Source of the DNA: Gammaproteobacteria bacterium
Lineage (GTDB): Bacteria; Pseudomonadota; Gammaproteobacteria; Burkholderiales; Burkholderiaceae_C
Assembly: GCA_018815325.1 (NCBI GenBank)
Contig: JAHIYE010000013.1
Coordinates: 139,704 to 203,703 of the forward strand
Reading direction: 5' to 3'
DNA length: 64,000 bases
Under the pieces are notes generated by a model. It saw nothing but the letters and a program-made list of their open reading frames with translations, searched no databases and had not been told where the DNA came from. A program made the translations under genes and the position numbers. Below, in pieces: positions 19,228-29,021 of the stretch. Within the stretch, counting starts at the first letter, position 1. Each line of letters begins with the position of its first letter.

Positions 19228-20505
19228 TCAACGGGGCATGGTGGTTGCCATAGTCCATCTATCAGAATGTGTTCCTAGCAACAGGAGGGTAAGGCCCAAA
19301 GGGAGAATCAACCAACTGAAGCTGTGCTGCCCAACCACACCAAACAACCACCCTCCGGCGGAGGATCCAAGTGTTTGCCCTAGCCCAGCAGCCGCGGCCA
19401 AGCTCCCCATCGTTGTCCCCAGCGTTTGAGAATCGGTGCCAGCGGCCAAGTACGCAATAACCGGAAGGATGAGACCTGTACCAGTTGCCATCATGCCGAT
19501 GCCCGCGTACATCCATAGTTGTGACTGATGTTGTCCCAACACGAACAAGCCCCCAATGGCCAAAATCAGACCCACTCCCGCAAGTCGCCGTGGCTCAGTA
19601 TTTTCCAGAATTGAGGTAAAGAATAATATTCCGTTGACTAGCAGCATCGCTATGCTGCATTCAGCAAACATCCAGGCTATGTCTTGAGACGACAGGTCTA
19701 TATGCTTTTGGCCTTGCAGAACAATACCCAGCTCGAACCCAGACAGCACAAACATCACCGTCCCACTCAGGCCCAAAAGTGGGAGCACGTCCCAAAGCCT
19801 AAACGGTGCGCTTGACTTCGTCTTAACTGTGTCAAGCGAATTACGGGACGGCAGCGTTGCTGCAAGTCCTAGCATGGTGATTGCACCGAGCAGTGCGGAC
19901 AGGAGAATGACGATCTGCGTCAACCGTTCCGGATCGGTCTCAGAATGACCCAGCCAACCAGCAAGTACGTCAGCCAGGGCAATCAGACCAGGACCAAAGA
20001 GAAAACCTACCAGGGACAACCCACTCAACCAGGCAAAGCGACGTGCTCTTAGCTTTTCGGAGGTATGTGCAGCTACCAAGGCAGGGACAAGAGGAATAAC
20101 CGCTGCGACAAAGAAGCCCGTTGCGGCACGCAGCAAATATAGGCTCCAGACATCGGGCAAGTCCGCCCGTAACAGTAACAAGAGACTGACGACGTAGCCC
20201 ACGAGACCCATAATAAGAATGCGGCCACGTCCCACACGATCTGACGCTATTCCCCACAACGGTGCGCCAACCAGCACCCCTGCCGCGTACGCTCCGCTGA
20301 GCATTCCGACATGACTCGCTATTTCCCCCGGGCTGGCATCTTGCATCATCATTTCTAACCAGCGCGGCAACAAGGGCATCAGTGCGCCATATCCTGCAGT
20401 CGTGACAAATACGGCGGCCGCGAGCCAACCCAGCTGCCACCGACTGAGGGGCGCCGGGTCGATCTGTTCCATCACACGAGAGAAATTCGTTTTCATCGTT
20501 TGCAT
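19228..20505 (-). CDS. MFS transporter
   Basis: About 12 TM helices and GIASDRVGRGRIL (an MFS loop 2-3 motif). The start is trimmed to M21 to avoid overlap with fabI. Confidence 0.75.
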   Translation of the reverse strand: MQTMKTNFSRVMEQIDPAPLSRWQLGWLAAAVFVTTAGYGALMPLLPRWLEMMMQDASPGEIASHVGMLSGAYAAGVLVGAPLWGIASDRVGRGRILIMGLVGYVVSLLLLLRADLPDVWSLYLLRAATGFFVAAVIPLVPALVAAHTSEKLRARRFAWLSGLSLVGFLFGPGLIALADVLAGWLGHSETDPERLTQIVILLSALLGAITMLGLAATLPSRNSLDTVKTKSSAPFRLWDVLPLLGLSGTVMFVLSGFELGIVLQGQKHIDLSSQDIAWMFAECSIAMLLVNGILFFTSILENTEPRRLAGVGLILAIGGLFVLGQHQSQLWMYAGIGMMATGTGLILPVIAYLAAGTDSQTLGTTMGSLAAAAGLGQTLGSSAGGWLFGVVGQHSFSWLILPLGLTLLLLGTHSDRWTMATTMPR

Positions 20506-20527
20506 TAAATTGCAAGGTGCATCGACT

Positions 20528-21304
20528 TCAATGGAAGACCATGCCGGCGACGTGAAGACCCGCATCTACGTGGAGTATTTCCCCTGTGATACCTGACGAG
20601 TAATCACTCGCGAGCAGAAGTGCTGCACGGCCAACCTCACAAGAATCCACCGTACGTCGCAAGGGGGCCCTGTGCTGAGATTCGTTGAGTAATTCATCAA
20701 AGTGATAAATGCCCGTGGCGGCGCGGGTCTTCACAGCACCCGCAGAGATCGCATTGACTCGAATATTGCTACCTCCCAATTCATAGGCCAAGTAACGCAC
20801 CGAGGCTTCGAGTGCTGCCTTGACGGGTCCCATGACGTTGTAATGTTCAACAACACGCTCTGCGCCGATGAAACTCAGCGTAGTCAGACTCCCGCCACGG
20901 TCCATGAGCGGCTCAGCAAGCTTTGCCATGCGGATAAAGGAATGACAGGAAACAAGCATAGATTCCGAAAAACCCACGGCAGAACAGTCCGTCAATCGCC
21001 CGTGCAAATCCTCTTTAGATGCCCATGCAATAGAGTGGAAGACAAAGTCAAGCCGGCCCCATTGTGTTTTGATTTCTTCAAAAACTGCCTCCAGATGCCC
21101 AGGAGTGGATACATCGCACGGAAGAAAAATAGACGTATCTACCTCTCTGGCCAATGGTGCCACGAAGGGTTTTGCTTTTTCGTTCAGGTAGGTCACCGCG
21201 AGCTCAGCTCCGGCATTTCTGAAATGCAATGCAGCCGACCATGCCAAGCTGCTCTCGTTAGCGATCCCAACGATGAGACCCTTTCGCCCTCTCAGGTCTA
21301 GCAT
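20528..21304 (-). CDS. fabI: Enoyl-ACP reductase (NADH), FabI type
   Basis: GLIVGIANESSLAW and YNVMGPVKAALE (Y-x6-K). The start is trimmed to MLDLRGRKG, and the 60 upstream codons look non-coding. Confidence 0.8.
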   Translation of the reverse strand: MLDLRGRKGLIVGIANESSLAWSAALHFRNAGAELAVTYLNEKAKPFVAPLAREVDTSIFLPCDVSTPGHLEAVFEEIKTQWGRLDFVFHSIAWASKEDLHGRLTDCSAVGFSESMLVSCHSFIRMAKLAEPLMDRGGSLTTLSFIGAERVVEHYNVMGPVKAALEASVRYLAYELGGSNIRVNAISAGAVKTRAATGIYHFDELLNESQHRAPLRRTVDSCEVGRAALLLASDYSSGITGEILHVDAGLHVAGMVFH

Positions 21305-21440
21305 CTCCAGCGTCGCCTCCGATCGTATGGAATTCACCATGACAAGGCACGCCAAGACGCATTGAAGTAAGAGATGAAGAAAGATTGCATCAAGGTTCTG
21401 CTCCAGACAAGGTAAAAAAGATGGAAGATGTTTTTCACAG

Positions 21441-22445
21441 TCAACCCTTCGGGGGACAACAAGTATGCTCGGGCTGCGGCGCACAACACAGACTAGACTC
21501 CAAGATTTTGACTCTCATTTTCAGCTTCGGTGTTCGATGGTGCATAAGCACCGCAATCGCCAGGGAAGCGAGACGTGCTGGAGCCGGATCTGCGCGAGAA
21601 GTCAAAACCACTGGAACCGAAAATCCGAGTGCGACACCAGCCGCGACAGCCTTGGCGAGGTACTCAAGGTTTTTCGCCAGAATGTTGCCGGAGATCAGAT
21701 CCGGTACTAGCAGGATGTCAGCATCGCCGGCCACGGGAGAAACGATCCCCTTTTCATCAGCCGCTTTGCGTGAGATGGCATTGTCAAAGGCAAGTGGTCC
21801 ATCAACCGTAGCTCCAATGAGCTGATCACGTTGTGACATCAAGGTAAGGCAGGCGGCATCGAGTGTCGATGCGATTTCTGTGTTGACGGTCTCGACGGCT
21901 GAAAGCACTGCCACCTTGGGTCTGTCAATACCCAGCAGGTGAAATAGCTCTATCGTGTTTTGAAGAATCTGCGCCTTGGCGTTGAGATCTGGCGCGATGT
22001 TAATTGCGGCGTCGGTAATTCCGATAAGTTTGGGGTAGCTCGATACCTCCACGATGAAAACATGGCTGACGCGGCGACCAGGAACACGTAACCCATGCTC
22101 CTTATCAAGCAGCGCATGCATCAAAACATCTGTGTGAATATTGCCTTTCATGACAGCATCGACCTGCCCAGTTCGCGCGAGTTCAACGGCTTTCTCAGCT
22201 GCCTCACTGTCAGTATCTGCCTGTATTATCCAATCGTCTTGGACTACCCAGTTCTGGGCTTTGCAAAGAGCAGTGATGGATGCGGCGTCTCCTATCAGAC
22301 GCGGCTCGATGATCCCAAGCGCATGGGCTTCTCGCAGCGTTTCGATCACCACGGTTTGCAAAGCATCGACCACAGCAACGCGAATCGGAGCGTACGACTT
22401 GGCTTGATCTATGAGGTGCAGCAATTTATTTGCAACGTAGTTCAT
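21441..22445 (-). CDS. pta: Phosphate acetyl/butyryl-transferase (PTA_PTB family)
   Basis: 334 aa with a PTA_PTB-like sequence (VMKGNIHTD, GDADILLVPDLISGNILAKNL). It overlaps the ackA stop by 4 nt. Confidence 0.75.
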   Translation of the reverse strand: MNYVANKLLHLIDQAKSYAPIRVAVVDALQTVVIETLREAHALGIIEPRLIGDAASITALCKAQNWVVQDDWIIQADTDSEAAEKAVELARTGQVDAVMKGNIHTDVLMHALLDKEHGLRVPGRRVSHVFIVEVSSYPKLIGITDAAINIAPDLNAKAQILQNTIELFHLLGIDRPKVAVLSAVETVNTEIASTLDAACLTLMSQRDQLIGATVDGPLAFDNAISRKAADEKGIVSPVAGDADILLVPDLISGNILAKNLEYLAKAVAAGVALGFSVPVVLTSRADPAPARLASLAIAVLMHHRTPKLKMRVKILESSLCCAPQPEHTCCPPKG

Positions 22446-23689
22446 GAAAATTTCTCCTGCGCTTCTGTGCGGGCGGTCATCAGCTGGTGGACATGCTTGG
22501 CGATCATGAACTCTTCATCGGTTTCAAATGCTTCGACAGCAACCTGACTGTTGTCCGTCGAAATACGCGGCTCACCTGCCTCGTTACGCTTGCTGTCCAC
22601 CGTAATGCCAAGATATTCCAGCCCTGCACAAATCCTGGACCGAATCACAGACGAGTTGGCACCAATCCCGCCGGTAAAAATCAGCCGGTCAAGGCCTCCC
22701 AATGTCGCAGTCAAACCTGCCAATTGCCGACGGGCTTGATAAACGTAGTAGTCGACCGCCTCGACAGCGCTCTGCAGTGCAGGCCTGGCAAGCAGATCCT
22801 CCATGTTTCTGCTCAAACCCGACATGCCTAGCAAGCCGGACTCTTCGTAAAGAAGATGCTCGATGTGTGAAAGCGTCAGACCTTTCTCGGCCATCAGATA
22901 CAAGAGCACCCCAGGATCAAGATCGCCACACCTTGTCCCCATTGGGAGTCCTGCGAGCGTGCTGAAACCCATCGTCGTGTCGACGCTTTTTCCGTTCATG
23001 AGCGCGCACATCGAAGCTCCGTTACCAAGATGGGCCACCACGATTCGCTCTCTCTCCACATCAACGCCGTTTCTCTTAAGCGCATAAACGACATATTCAT
23101 AAGAAAGACCGTGGAAGCCATATCGACGAACACCCTCGGCAAAGTACTTATGCGGCAGTCCCGTCAACTTGGCAAGTTTCGGTAGGGCGTGATGAAACGA
23201 TGTATCAAAACATGCTACCTGCAACAAATCTGGTTGTATGTTACGGATAGCCTCAATGCCCGCAAGGCTGCCAGGCTGATGCAAAGGGGCGAGCGGGATC
23301 AATTGGTGCAATCGCTTTTCCAGTCCAGTGCTCAAGACCGCAGGGCAATCACAATCTGGCCCGCCGTGGACCACCCGATGTCCAACCGCAGCCAAGGATG
23401 TCACCGAGGAGTGCTGTTCGACTGAAGTCAACAGTAACCGTAACGCTGCGTTGTGATCATCAACGACAACTGCCTTGTCTATCGCCATGGCGCCTTCGGC
23501 ATCAACGACATGAAAGTGTCCGTTGTTCAGACCGATACGCTCGATGGCACCTGACCAGAGTCGGGGCCGTGAAATCTCTCGTGAAGCCTCAGAAGAGAAT
23601 AGCGCGAACTTCACACTTGATGAACCGCTATTGATCACCAGTATCGTTTGCTGAGTGCTTGTTTTTTCGTCCACGGTTACATGGCTCAT
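22442..23689 (-). CDS. ackA: Acetate kinase
   Basis: 415 aa with ILVINSGSSSVKF, VGHRVVHGG, GFHGLSYEY and AHLGNGAS. Confidence 0.9.
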   Translation of the reverse strand: MSHVTVDEKTSTQQTILVINSGSSSVKFALFSSEASREISRPRLWSGAIERIGLNNGHFHVVDAEGAMAIDKAVVVDDHNAALRLLLTSVEQHSSVTSLAAVGHRVVHGGPDCDCPAVLSTGLEKRLHQLIPLAPLHQPGSLAGIEAIRNIQPDLLQVACFDTSFHHALPKLAKLTGLPHKYFAEGVRRYGFHGLSYEYVVYALKRNGVDVERERIVVAHLGNGASMCALMNGKSVDTTMGFSTLAGLPMGTRCGDLDPGVLLYLMAEKGLTLSHIEHLLYEESGLLGMSGLSRNMEDLLARPALQSAVEAVDYYVYQARRQLAGLTATLGGLDRLIFTGGIGANSSVIRSRICAGLEYLGITVDSKRNEAGEPRISTDNSQVAVEAFETDEEFMIAKHVHQLMTARTEAQEKFS

Positions 23690-25581
23690 CGCTTCGGCTG
23701 CTGTACAGCGAATTTACTCATTTGCTGCAGCAATGCGGAAAACATCTCGGGCTGCCGATAGAGTAAGTTGAACGCCTTTTCATACCCGGCATCGCGAGCC
23801 TCTCGGATCCTTTCCAGGCTTTGCGTGACGTTTCCAATGGCCTCTCGCTCTTTTTCGATGAGCGGATTGTCCTGCCCGAGCGGCTGTCTGCGCGCTGCGA
23901 GAGATTCTGCCGCTGTGGCGACCCCGCGCATCCAGGGGTTCAACGACTCGGAGAACATGTATCGGCTTGACCGCATAGGATGCAACCACTTCAGCATGTC
24001 CGCTGACCAGGTTGTGGACATTGACTTTATCCAAGGACTTATGAGCGTCTGGTAAAGGATCTCGTTGACTTCGGACACCTGTTTCACCCTCTCGAATGCA
24101 TCGCTTGATGTGTCTTGCCTTAAATCCTCGACCCGCCTCGGTTCGAATCTGACGCTGAAAGCAGGCTTGTGGCAGTCTGGGTCTCCCGTAGGGTTGTCAA
24201 TTTTCATTTCATACAGACCGGGTGCCAGCGCCTCAATGTCAGGCAAACTTTCAAGAATGGCCCTGTGCTCCAGGCGGGCAACGCTGGCGGAGACGAAAAT
24301 TCCCAGATGACCAACGTGCGGATTCGTGAGGTAGACGATGCGTTGCCCCGCCTTCTTGAGATCTGCAGTATCCGCATAGACTTCGGGAATCCAGCCCAGT
24401 GCTTGCTGAGGAGGTGTGATGTTATCGCCGTAGGATGCGAAGATGATGAGCGGACTTTTGATACGACGCAGGTCAGCCGTGCAGCCATGGCAGATACGGA
24501 ACAAGCCCTTTTCGATCTGGTTGCCGATGAACAGGTTTTGCACGATGTCGAGAATCTCTTCGCGACTCAGGTAGTAAAAACCATTCCACCAACGTTCGAA
24601 CTCAAGAAAGCGCCCCTGCTCGCTATCCACGTTAGCAAAAAGTTTGGCGTACTTCTCCCAGATGGCTTTTTCCGGCTTGAGATTCTCGAAATTCTGCGCT
24701 AGCCAGGCACCATCAAAACGGCCATTCCCGAGATCAGCTGTCAGATGTGCCAGCCAAGCCCCTCCCAGAAGACCGCCGGTTATGCGCATCGGATTGACAC
24801 CAGACTCTCCGGCCCAGTATGACAAAGGTGAACCATTCAACACCACTGGCCCGGCGAGTCCTTCACAGTCGGCCGCCAGTAAAGTTACCGCCCAGCCAGC
24901 CTGGCAGTTGCCGTAGAGCACGGGCGGCTTTCTGGGGTGACGATGTGCCACCTCTTCAACGAATCGCCTCAGCGCGTGCAGCACATCGGCCAATGTTTGT
25001 CCAGGCTCTGGCTCTGGAAAGAATATGACAAAGTAGACCGGGTGTCCCTCGTGCATCGCCATGCCAACCTCGGAGTCGTGCTTGAAACCGCCTATTCCCG
25101 GACCGTGACCGGCGCGCGGATCAACTACGATGACAGGCGGCTTCTTGAGGTCTACACAATCATCCCAGCAGACGTCGCCGATCTCTGTGATACGTAGCAG
25201 CGCATAGTTTGCAGGGCGCTCAAAATCTCGCGCGTCGAGCAGTTTTTCATATTTGAAGTCGAGTAATGGAGGCATCCCTGCACGCTCATGTTCAAGCATA
25301 TTGTTCGCACGCTTGCGCAGTGTGTCCAAGAACAAAATGGAGCGCTCATAGAAATCCCGCTGATACTCCATGAGATCACTCGCCGAAGGAACAGTTGAAT
25401 CACCAGAGACTGATTCTTTAGAAGCCTCTGAAGTTTCCTTCAAATTCGATCGCTTCAAGAGGGCTGCACTCTTTTCCATTTCGACGGAAGGTTGAGTTGC
25501 GCTTTTTCGCGCTTTCAATTTTGTTTGAGGCGCCTTTGTACTCGTTGCATGAGCGACATTTTTTCGTGTTGTTGTTTTCAC
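23686..25581 (-). CDS. Large alpha/beta-hydrolase-like protein (DUF3141 / PHA-synthase-like)
   Basis: 631 aa. The family assignment is from memory of the DUF3141 architecture (GNCQAGWA nucleophile-elbow-like motif). It overlaps the ackA start by 4 nt. Confidence 0.5.
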   Translation of the reverse strand: MKTTTRKNVAHATSTKAPQTKLKARKSATQPSVEMEKSAALLKRSNLKETSEASKESVSGDSTVPSASDLMEYQRDFYERSILFLDTLRKRANNMLEHERAGMPPLLDFKYEKLLDARDFERPANYALLRITEIGDVCWDDCVDLKKPPVIVVDPRAGHGPGIGGFKHDSEVGMAMHEGHPVYFVIFFPEPEPGQTLADVLHALRRFVEEVAHRHPRKPPVLYGNCQAGWAVTLLAADCEGLAGPVVLNGSPLSYWAGESGVNPMRITGGLLGGAWLAHLTADLGNGRFDGAWLAQNFENLKPEKAIWEKYAKLFANVDSEQGRFLEFERWWNGFYYLSREEILDIVQNLFIGNQIEKGLFRICHGCTADLRRIKSPLIIFASYGDNITPPQQALGWIPEVYADTADLKKAGQRIVYLTNPHVGHLGIFVSASVARLEHRAILESLPDIEALAPGLYEMKIDNPTGDPDCHKPAFSVRFEPRRVEDLRQDTSSDAFERVKQVSEVNEILYQTLISPWIKSMSTTWSADMLKWLHPMRSSRYMFSESLNPWMRGVATAAESLAARRQPLGQDNPLIEKEREAIGNVTQSLERIREARDAGYEKAFNLLYRQPEMFSALLQQMSKFAVQQPKR

Positions 25582-25766
25582 AATTTCCTCCGATTCATAA
25601 AGGTTTAAAAATTCAGATCAGCACTGGCTTGAAAGCCAGAGGACTAATGCCTGATACACAAAATTCATCTAGGAATAAAGCAAGCTTCCTGAAGAATGAA
25701 TGCTCATGTTTACAGGCTGATTTTTTTGATTTTTCATGTTCTATCCTTGCGTGACGGTGATTGGGT

Positions 25767-26426
25767 TTACATCTTCTTAAGTCGTGATTGCCAGGAACGT
25801 TCACCTTGTGATTCGAAGTAAAAGTACACAAGTACACTGAGAACTGCAGCGAAGAAACACCAGACCGAGATAAACCATTTCGCATAGAAAATATATGCAG
25901 CAACGAACGCCAATATTGAGACCGCGCCGAAGATACGGATGCGAGTGTGCGAAGACATCAGCAGACTTGCTGTCGTGGCAATGAGATAGAGCGTCATCGT
26001 CAAAGCTGCAAAGAAATGTGGTGAAACGTATTCAATATGCTGTCCGATTGGGCGAGATACGACCGAATACATGACCATGACATACAAGAGATAGGAAGCA
26101 ACCGCTATGCCTATCGTGACGACACCCCACAGAGTTTTTTTGCGCCATCCTGGTGGCTCGATGAGAAGCACCGCCAAGGGAACGTAAACAGGCCACAGTA
26201 CGTGCGAGAAAAAGGAGTAGACATATGACATGACTGTATTGAGTAGCGGGGCATCGTGACTGAAAGTCCACCAGATAACGCCCTCACTCAACTGCTGAAC
26301 TGCGAACAACAAAGGAATCGCAGCGAACGGCTTTTCCGTCGGTTGACGCGCCACCTTGAGCGTTATCACACCCAGCCCGAGCAGAAAACCGCCCGCAGCA
26401 AAGCTCGCTGAAGCAGAGAAGCACAT
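25767..26426 (-). CDS. Polytopic membrane protein, unknown function
   Basis: 219 aa with about 6 TM helices. Its ATG immediately follows the TGA of the upstream gene. Confidence 0.7.
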   Translation of the reverse strand: MCFSASASFAAGGFLLGLGVITLKVARQPTEKPFAAIPLLFAVQQLSEGVIWWTFSHDAPLLNTVMSYVYSFFSHVLWPVYVPLAVLLIEPPGWRKKTLWGVVTIGIAVASYLLYVMVMYSVVSRPIGQHIEYVSPHFFAALTMTLYLIATTASLLMSSHTRIRIFGAVSILAFVAAYIFYAKWFISVWCFFAAVLSVLVYFYFESQGERSWQSRLKKM

Positions 26427-26753
26427 TCAGTTGCCTCCTTTCAACTGTTCATCTGGACTGACTTCGTTTGCGCTCAAAGGGGCAACACATCTCGATGACC
26501 CTCCTGTCAACAAATGGACATCACGTTTGCACAAAATGCACTTGTATTTGACGTGATTGCAGGCCTCCTCGCATTCTGGCGTGCGGTATCGTCTGCGTGC
26601 CCATGCCAACAATATTTGCTGGTCCGATGCGACCGGGTATGACAGCAAGCCACCCCGCCTCCGATTAATCAGAGAATTTCGCATCGGGCTTATCAGTCCA
26701 GAAGATCCGGCACTACTCACCGCGATGACGTCAGATGGCACCTGAATCGTCAT
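26427..26753 (-). CDS. Small Cys-rich hypothetical protein
   Basis: 108 aa from MTIQVPSD, with a GAGG ribosome-binding site. It contains CEEACNHVKYKCILC (zinc-ribbon-like). Its stop abuts the next start, with a GGAGG inside its 3' end. Confidence 0.45.
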   Translation of the reverse strand: MTIQVPSDVIAVSSAGSSGLISPMRNSLINRRRGGLLSYPVASDQQILLAWARRRYRTPECEEACNHVKYKCILCKRDVHLLTGGSSRCVAPLSANEVSPDEQLKGGN

Positions 26754-26775
26754 TACTCGGCCTCTGTCGTTTTTC

Positions 26776-26964
26776 TCACGATTTACCACCACCGCAACAT
26801 GCATGGTTCGCAGGCGCATTGCCACTGGAGTACTTCTCGGGTTCTTGGAGAAATGTCTTGTGGCAGGTATCGGAGCAGAAGTAATACGTCTGCTCTCCAT
26901 ATTCCACCTTAGCGGCCGCTTTCTGTGGTTCCACCTTCATTTTGCATACGGGATCAACTGTCAT
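26776..26964 (-). CDS. YHS-domain metal-binding protein
   Basis: 62 aa with DPVCKMKV....YYFCSDTCHKTF and a C-terminal CCGGG. Confidence 0.8.
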   Translation of the reverse strand: MTVDPVCKMKVEPQKAAAKVEYGEQTYYFCSDTCHKTFLQEPEKYSSGNAPANHACCGGGKS

Positions 26965-27022
26965 TTTGAATTTCCTTTCTGTGCTGTTACTACCAGGTCA
27001 AGCGTGAGACATACCAATATGC

Positions 27023-27289
27023 TCACCTCTGACTGTTACCCCAGCGTCGATTGAAGAAGTTGTAGACCGGGACATACACCATGCCTGCGTAGGCACCGTA
27101 CAGGAAGCTTTCAAGCAGACCGATCAAGAATGCTGTCCAGCTAAGCCACTTGAAGCCCGGCAATATTTGCTCTAAAAATTCGTGCATATGCAGACTCTCT
27201 GGCGTTGCGAGTCCGTAAGTCACGCAAAGTACAAAGGAAACGAGTGATGTGATCCCCAGAGACCACGAGACGACTTTCATGTTTAGCAT
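27023..27289 (-). CDS. Small two-TM membrane protein (DUF5676-like)
   Basis: 88 aa with two hydrophobic helices. The family name is from memory only. Confidence 0.55.
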   Translation of the reverse strand: MLNMKVVSWSLGITSLVSFVLCVTYGLATPESLHMHEFLEQILPGFKWLSWTAFLIGLLESFLYGAYAGMVYVPVYNFFNRRWGNSQR

Positions 27290-27298
27290 GATGATCTC

Positions 27299-27505
27299 CT
27301 AATGACGGTGTGTGTGATCAACGTTGTTCTTATCGGCTGTTGGCGCACTATTTGCCTTTTCGCCCATGGGTTTCTTTTCGTCTTCATGTCCACCGTGACC
27401 ACAGTGCCCCCCACCGCCTCCATGTCCGCCATGTCCGAACATGTGCATAGCCACAAAAGCCAGACCAAAAAATACCCATATCCAGTTCTCAGATAACCAA
27501 GCCAT
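27299..27505 (-). CDS. DUF2933-like small membrane protein with His/Gly-rich tail
   Basis: 68 aa with one TM helix followed by HMFGHGGHGGGGGHCGHGGHE. Confidence 0.65.
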   Translation of the reverse strand: MAWLSENWIWVFFGLAFVAMHMFGHGGHGGGGGHCGHGGHEDEKKPMGEKANSAPTADKNNVDHTHRH

Positions 27506-27572
27506 GTGTTACTCCTTCTGTTAATAAAACTTTGAGCGATATTGCAATTTTTCTGAATGCCATTTCGCGGCT

Positions 27573-28250
27573 TTAACGAGGCAGCTGCCCATCACCACCT
27601 CCACCGGCACCAGTCTTTTCCAGCAGTTCCCCCCATTGATCGAAGCCTGGAAGAAACATGGGCACGCGCATTTGATATACACGGTACTCATCTCCAAACT
27701 GTTTGATCACACGTTTCTCCTCGCTGCGCGCTAAAAAGTAATATGCCAACACGATGACGGGAAATAAGGTGACAGAAAATATGGTTGGCCAGTGCACTAC
27801 ACCTTCGCCAAATAGGCCTATTAGCAAACCTGCATACTGCGGATGCCTGACCAATGCGTACAGGCCGTCAGTTACCAAACGTTCTTGTTGACGGGCCCGA
27901 TAGAGTTCCCGCCAGCCCTGGATAAATAGTCCGATCCCGACAAACAGCAAGATGTAGCCTGCGACCATTGCGATCATCATGCCCAGTTCACCCATGCCTA
28001 GTGCCGTCGACCAGAGACTCGCATTGAGGTCTGATCCATCGAGTCCGAAGAACCTCACCAGCAGATAAATAGTGAGTGGAAACCCATACATTTCTGCGTA
28101 CATCGCGATGATGAACGCCTGAACCAGACCAGCACTGGCCCATTCCCGCCACGACTTGGGAGCCAGGTAACGGTAAAGGAACCAGGACGCCACGACGATC
28201 ATGATCGCGGCAAATCCCCATACCCCGGAATGCGATATGTTTTCAGTCAT
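27573..28250 (-). CDS. Isoprenylcysteine carboxyl methyltransferase (ICMT/PEMT) family membrane methyltransferase
   Basis: 225 aa, polytopic, with the LVTDGLYALVRHPQYAGLL motif. Confidence 0.75.
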   Translation of the reverse strand: MTENISHSGVWGFAAIMIVVASWFLYRYLAPKSWREWASAGLVQAFIIAMYAEMYGFPLTIYLLVRFFGLDGSDLNASLWSTALGMGELGMMIAMVAGYILLFVGIGLFIQGWRELYRARQQERLVTDGLYALVRHPQYAGLLIGLFGEGVVHWPTIFSVTLFPVIVLAYYFLARSEEKRVIKQFGDEYRVYQMRVPMFLPGFDQWGELLEKTGAGGGGDGQLPR

Positions 28251-28357
28251 GATGAGGATCTATCATTCGAATTTGCGTGTGCTATCACGTCAAAGCGTTT
28301 GATGCGGATGTAGAAGTTGGCGTGCTGGTGCCAACTTTGGCTTCGGTGTTGCTTCAT
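28247..28357 (-). CDS. Possible 36-aa peptide
   Basis: The sequence is MKQHRSQSWHQHANFYIRIKRFDVIAHANSNDRSSS. An AAGGGA lies upstream, and its stop overlaps the methyltransferase start as ATGA. Speculative. Confidence 0.25.
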   Translation of the reverse strand: MKQHRSQSWHQHANFYIRIKRFDVIAHANSNDRSSS

Positions 28358-28399
28358 CTTTATTCCCTTAATATTTGTAAATAATTGGCTTAACTGATG

Positions 28400-29011
28400 T
28401 CAGGCCTTTGGATCTACCCCAATAAGCAACTTGCCATCTGTGGAGAAGTGGTGCGGGGGGATGACCAGATTGGTTGGTGCAGGTACGTTCTTGAATACCC
28501 TCCCCGCCAAATCAAACTTCGAGCCATGACAGGGGCAATAAAATCCGCCTGGCCAGGATGACCCTATATCGGCAGACCCTGGTACAGGCCGAAAAGTCGG
28601 GATGCAACCCAGATGCGTACAAATCCCTACCATCACTGCAATTTCCGGCTTGATAGATCGATCCACATTGATGGTGTACTTCGGTTGATCCGATCGACGC
28701 GAACTCGGATCGGACAGCAGGTCGTCATGCCGAGTCAGTGAATCAAGCATGTCTTTTGATCGACGGAGTACGAACACCGGCTGTCCACGCCAATCAACCG
28801 TTTTTAGTTCACCCGTTTTGATACCAGAAATATCAACTTCAACAGGTGCCCCCAACGCACGAGCACGCTCGCTAGGTGACATCGAGGCCACGAAAGGTAC
28901 TGCGGTCGCAACCAATCCTGCACCGCCTGCCACGGAGGTCACCGTGAGCCAAAGGCGCCGATCCGGATCAGAAGGCGCAGAGGTCATAGTTTTCTCTGAA
29001 GTCATTTTCAT
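28400..29011 (-). CDS. Rieske [2Fe-2S] protein, ubiquinol-cytochrome c reductase iron-sulfur subunit type
   Basis: 203 aa with a Tat/anchor N-terminus (RRLWLTVTSVAGGAG) and CTHLGC plus CPCHGS. Confidence 0.85.
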   Translation of the reverse strand: MKMTSEKTMTSAPSDPDRRLWLTVTSVAGGAGLVATAVPFVASMSPSERARALGAPVEVDISGIKTGELKTVDWRGQPVFVLRRSKDMLDSLTRHDDLLSDPSSRRSDQPKYTINVDRSIKPEIAVMVGICTHLGCIPTFRPVPGSADIGSSWPGGFYCPCHGSKFDLAGRVFKNVPAPTNLVIPPHHFSTDGKLLIGVDPKA

Positions 29012-29021
29012 GTCCTCCTGT

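Noticed and set aside
20528-21484. 318-aa version of the FabI ORF overlapping the pta gene end
   Set aside because: The first 60 codons have no FabI similarity and overlap pta. The conserved Rossmann start GLIVGIANESS follows the internal Met at 21304.
26427-26900. 157-aa ORF overlapping the YHS-domain gene
   Set aside because: The N-terminal 49 codons overlap the clearly real YHS gene in another frame. The ORF was trimmed to the internal Met at 26753, which has a GAGG ribosome-binding site.
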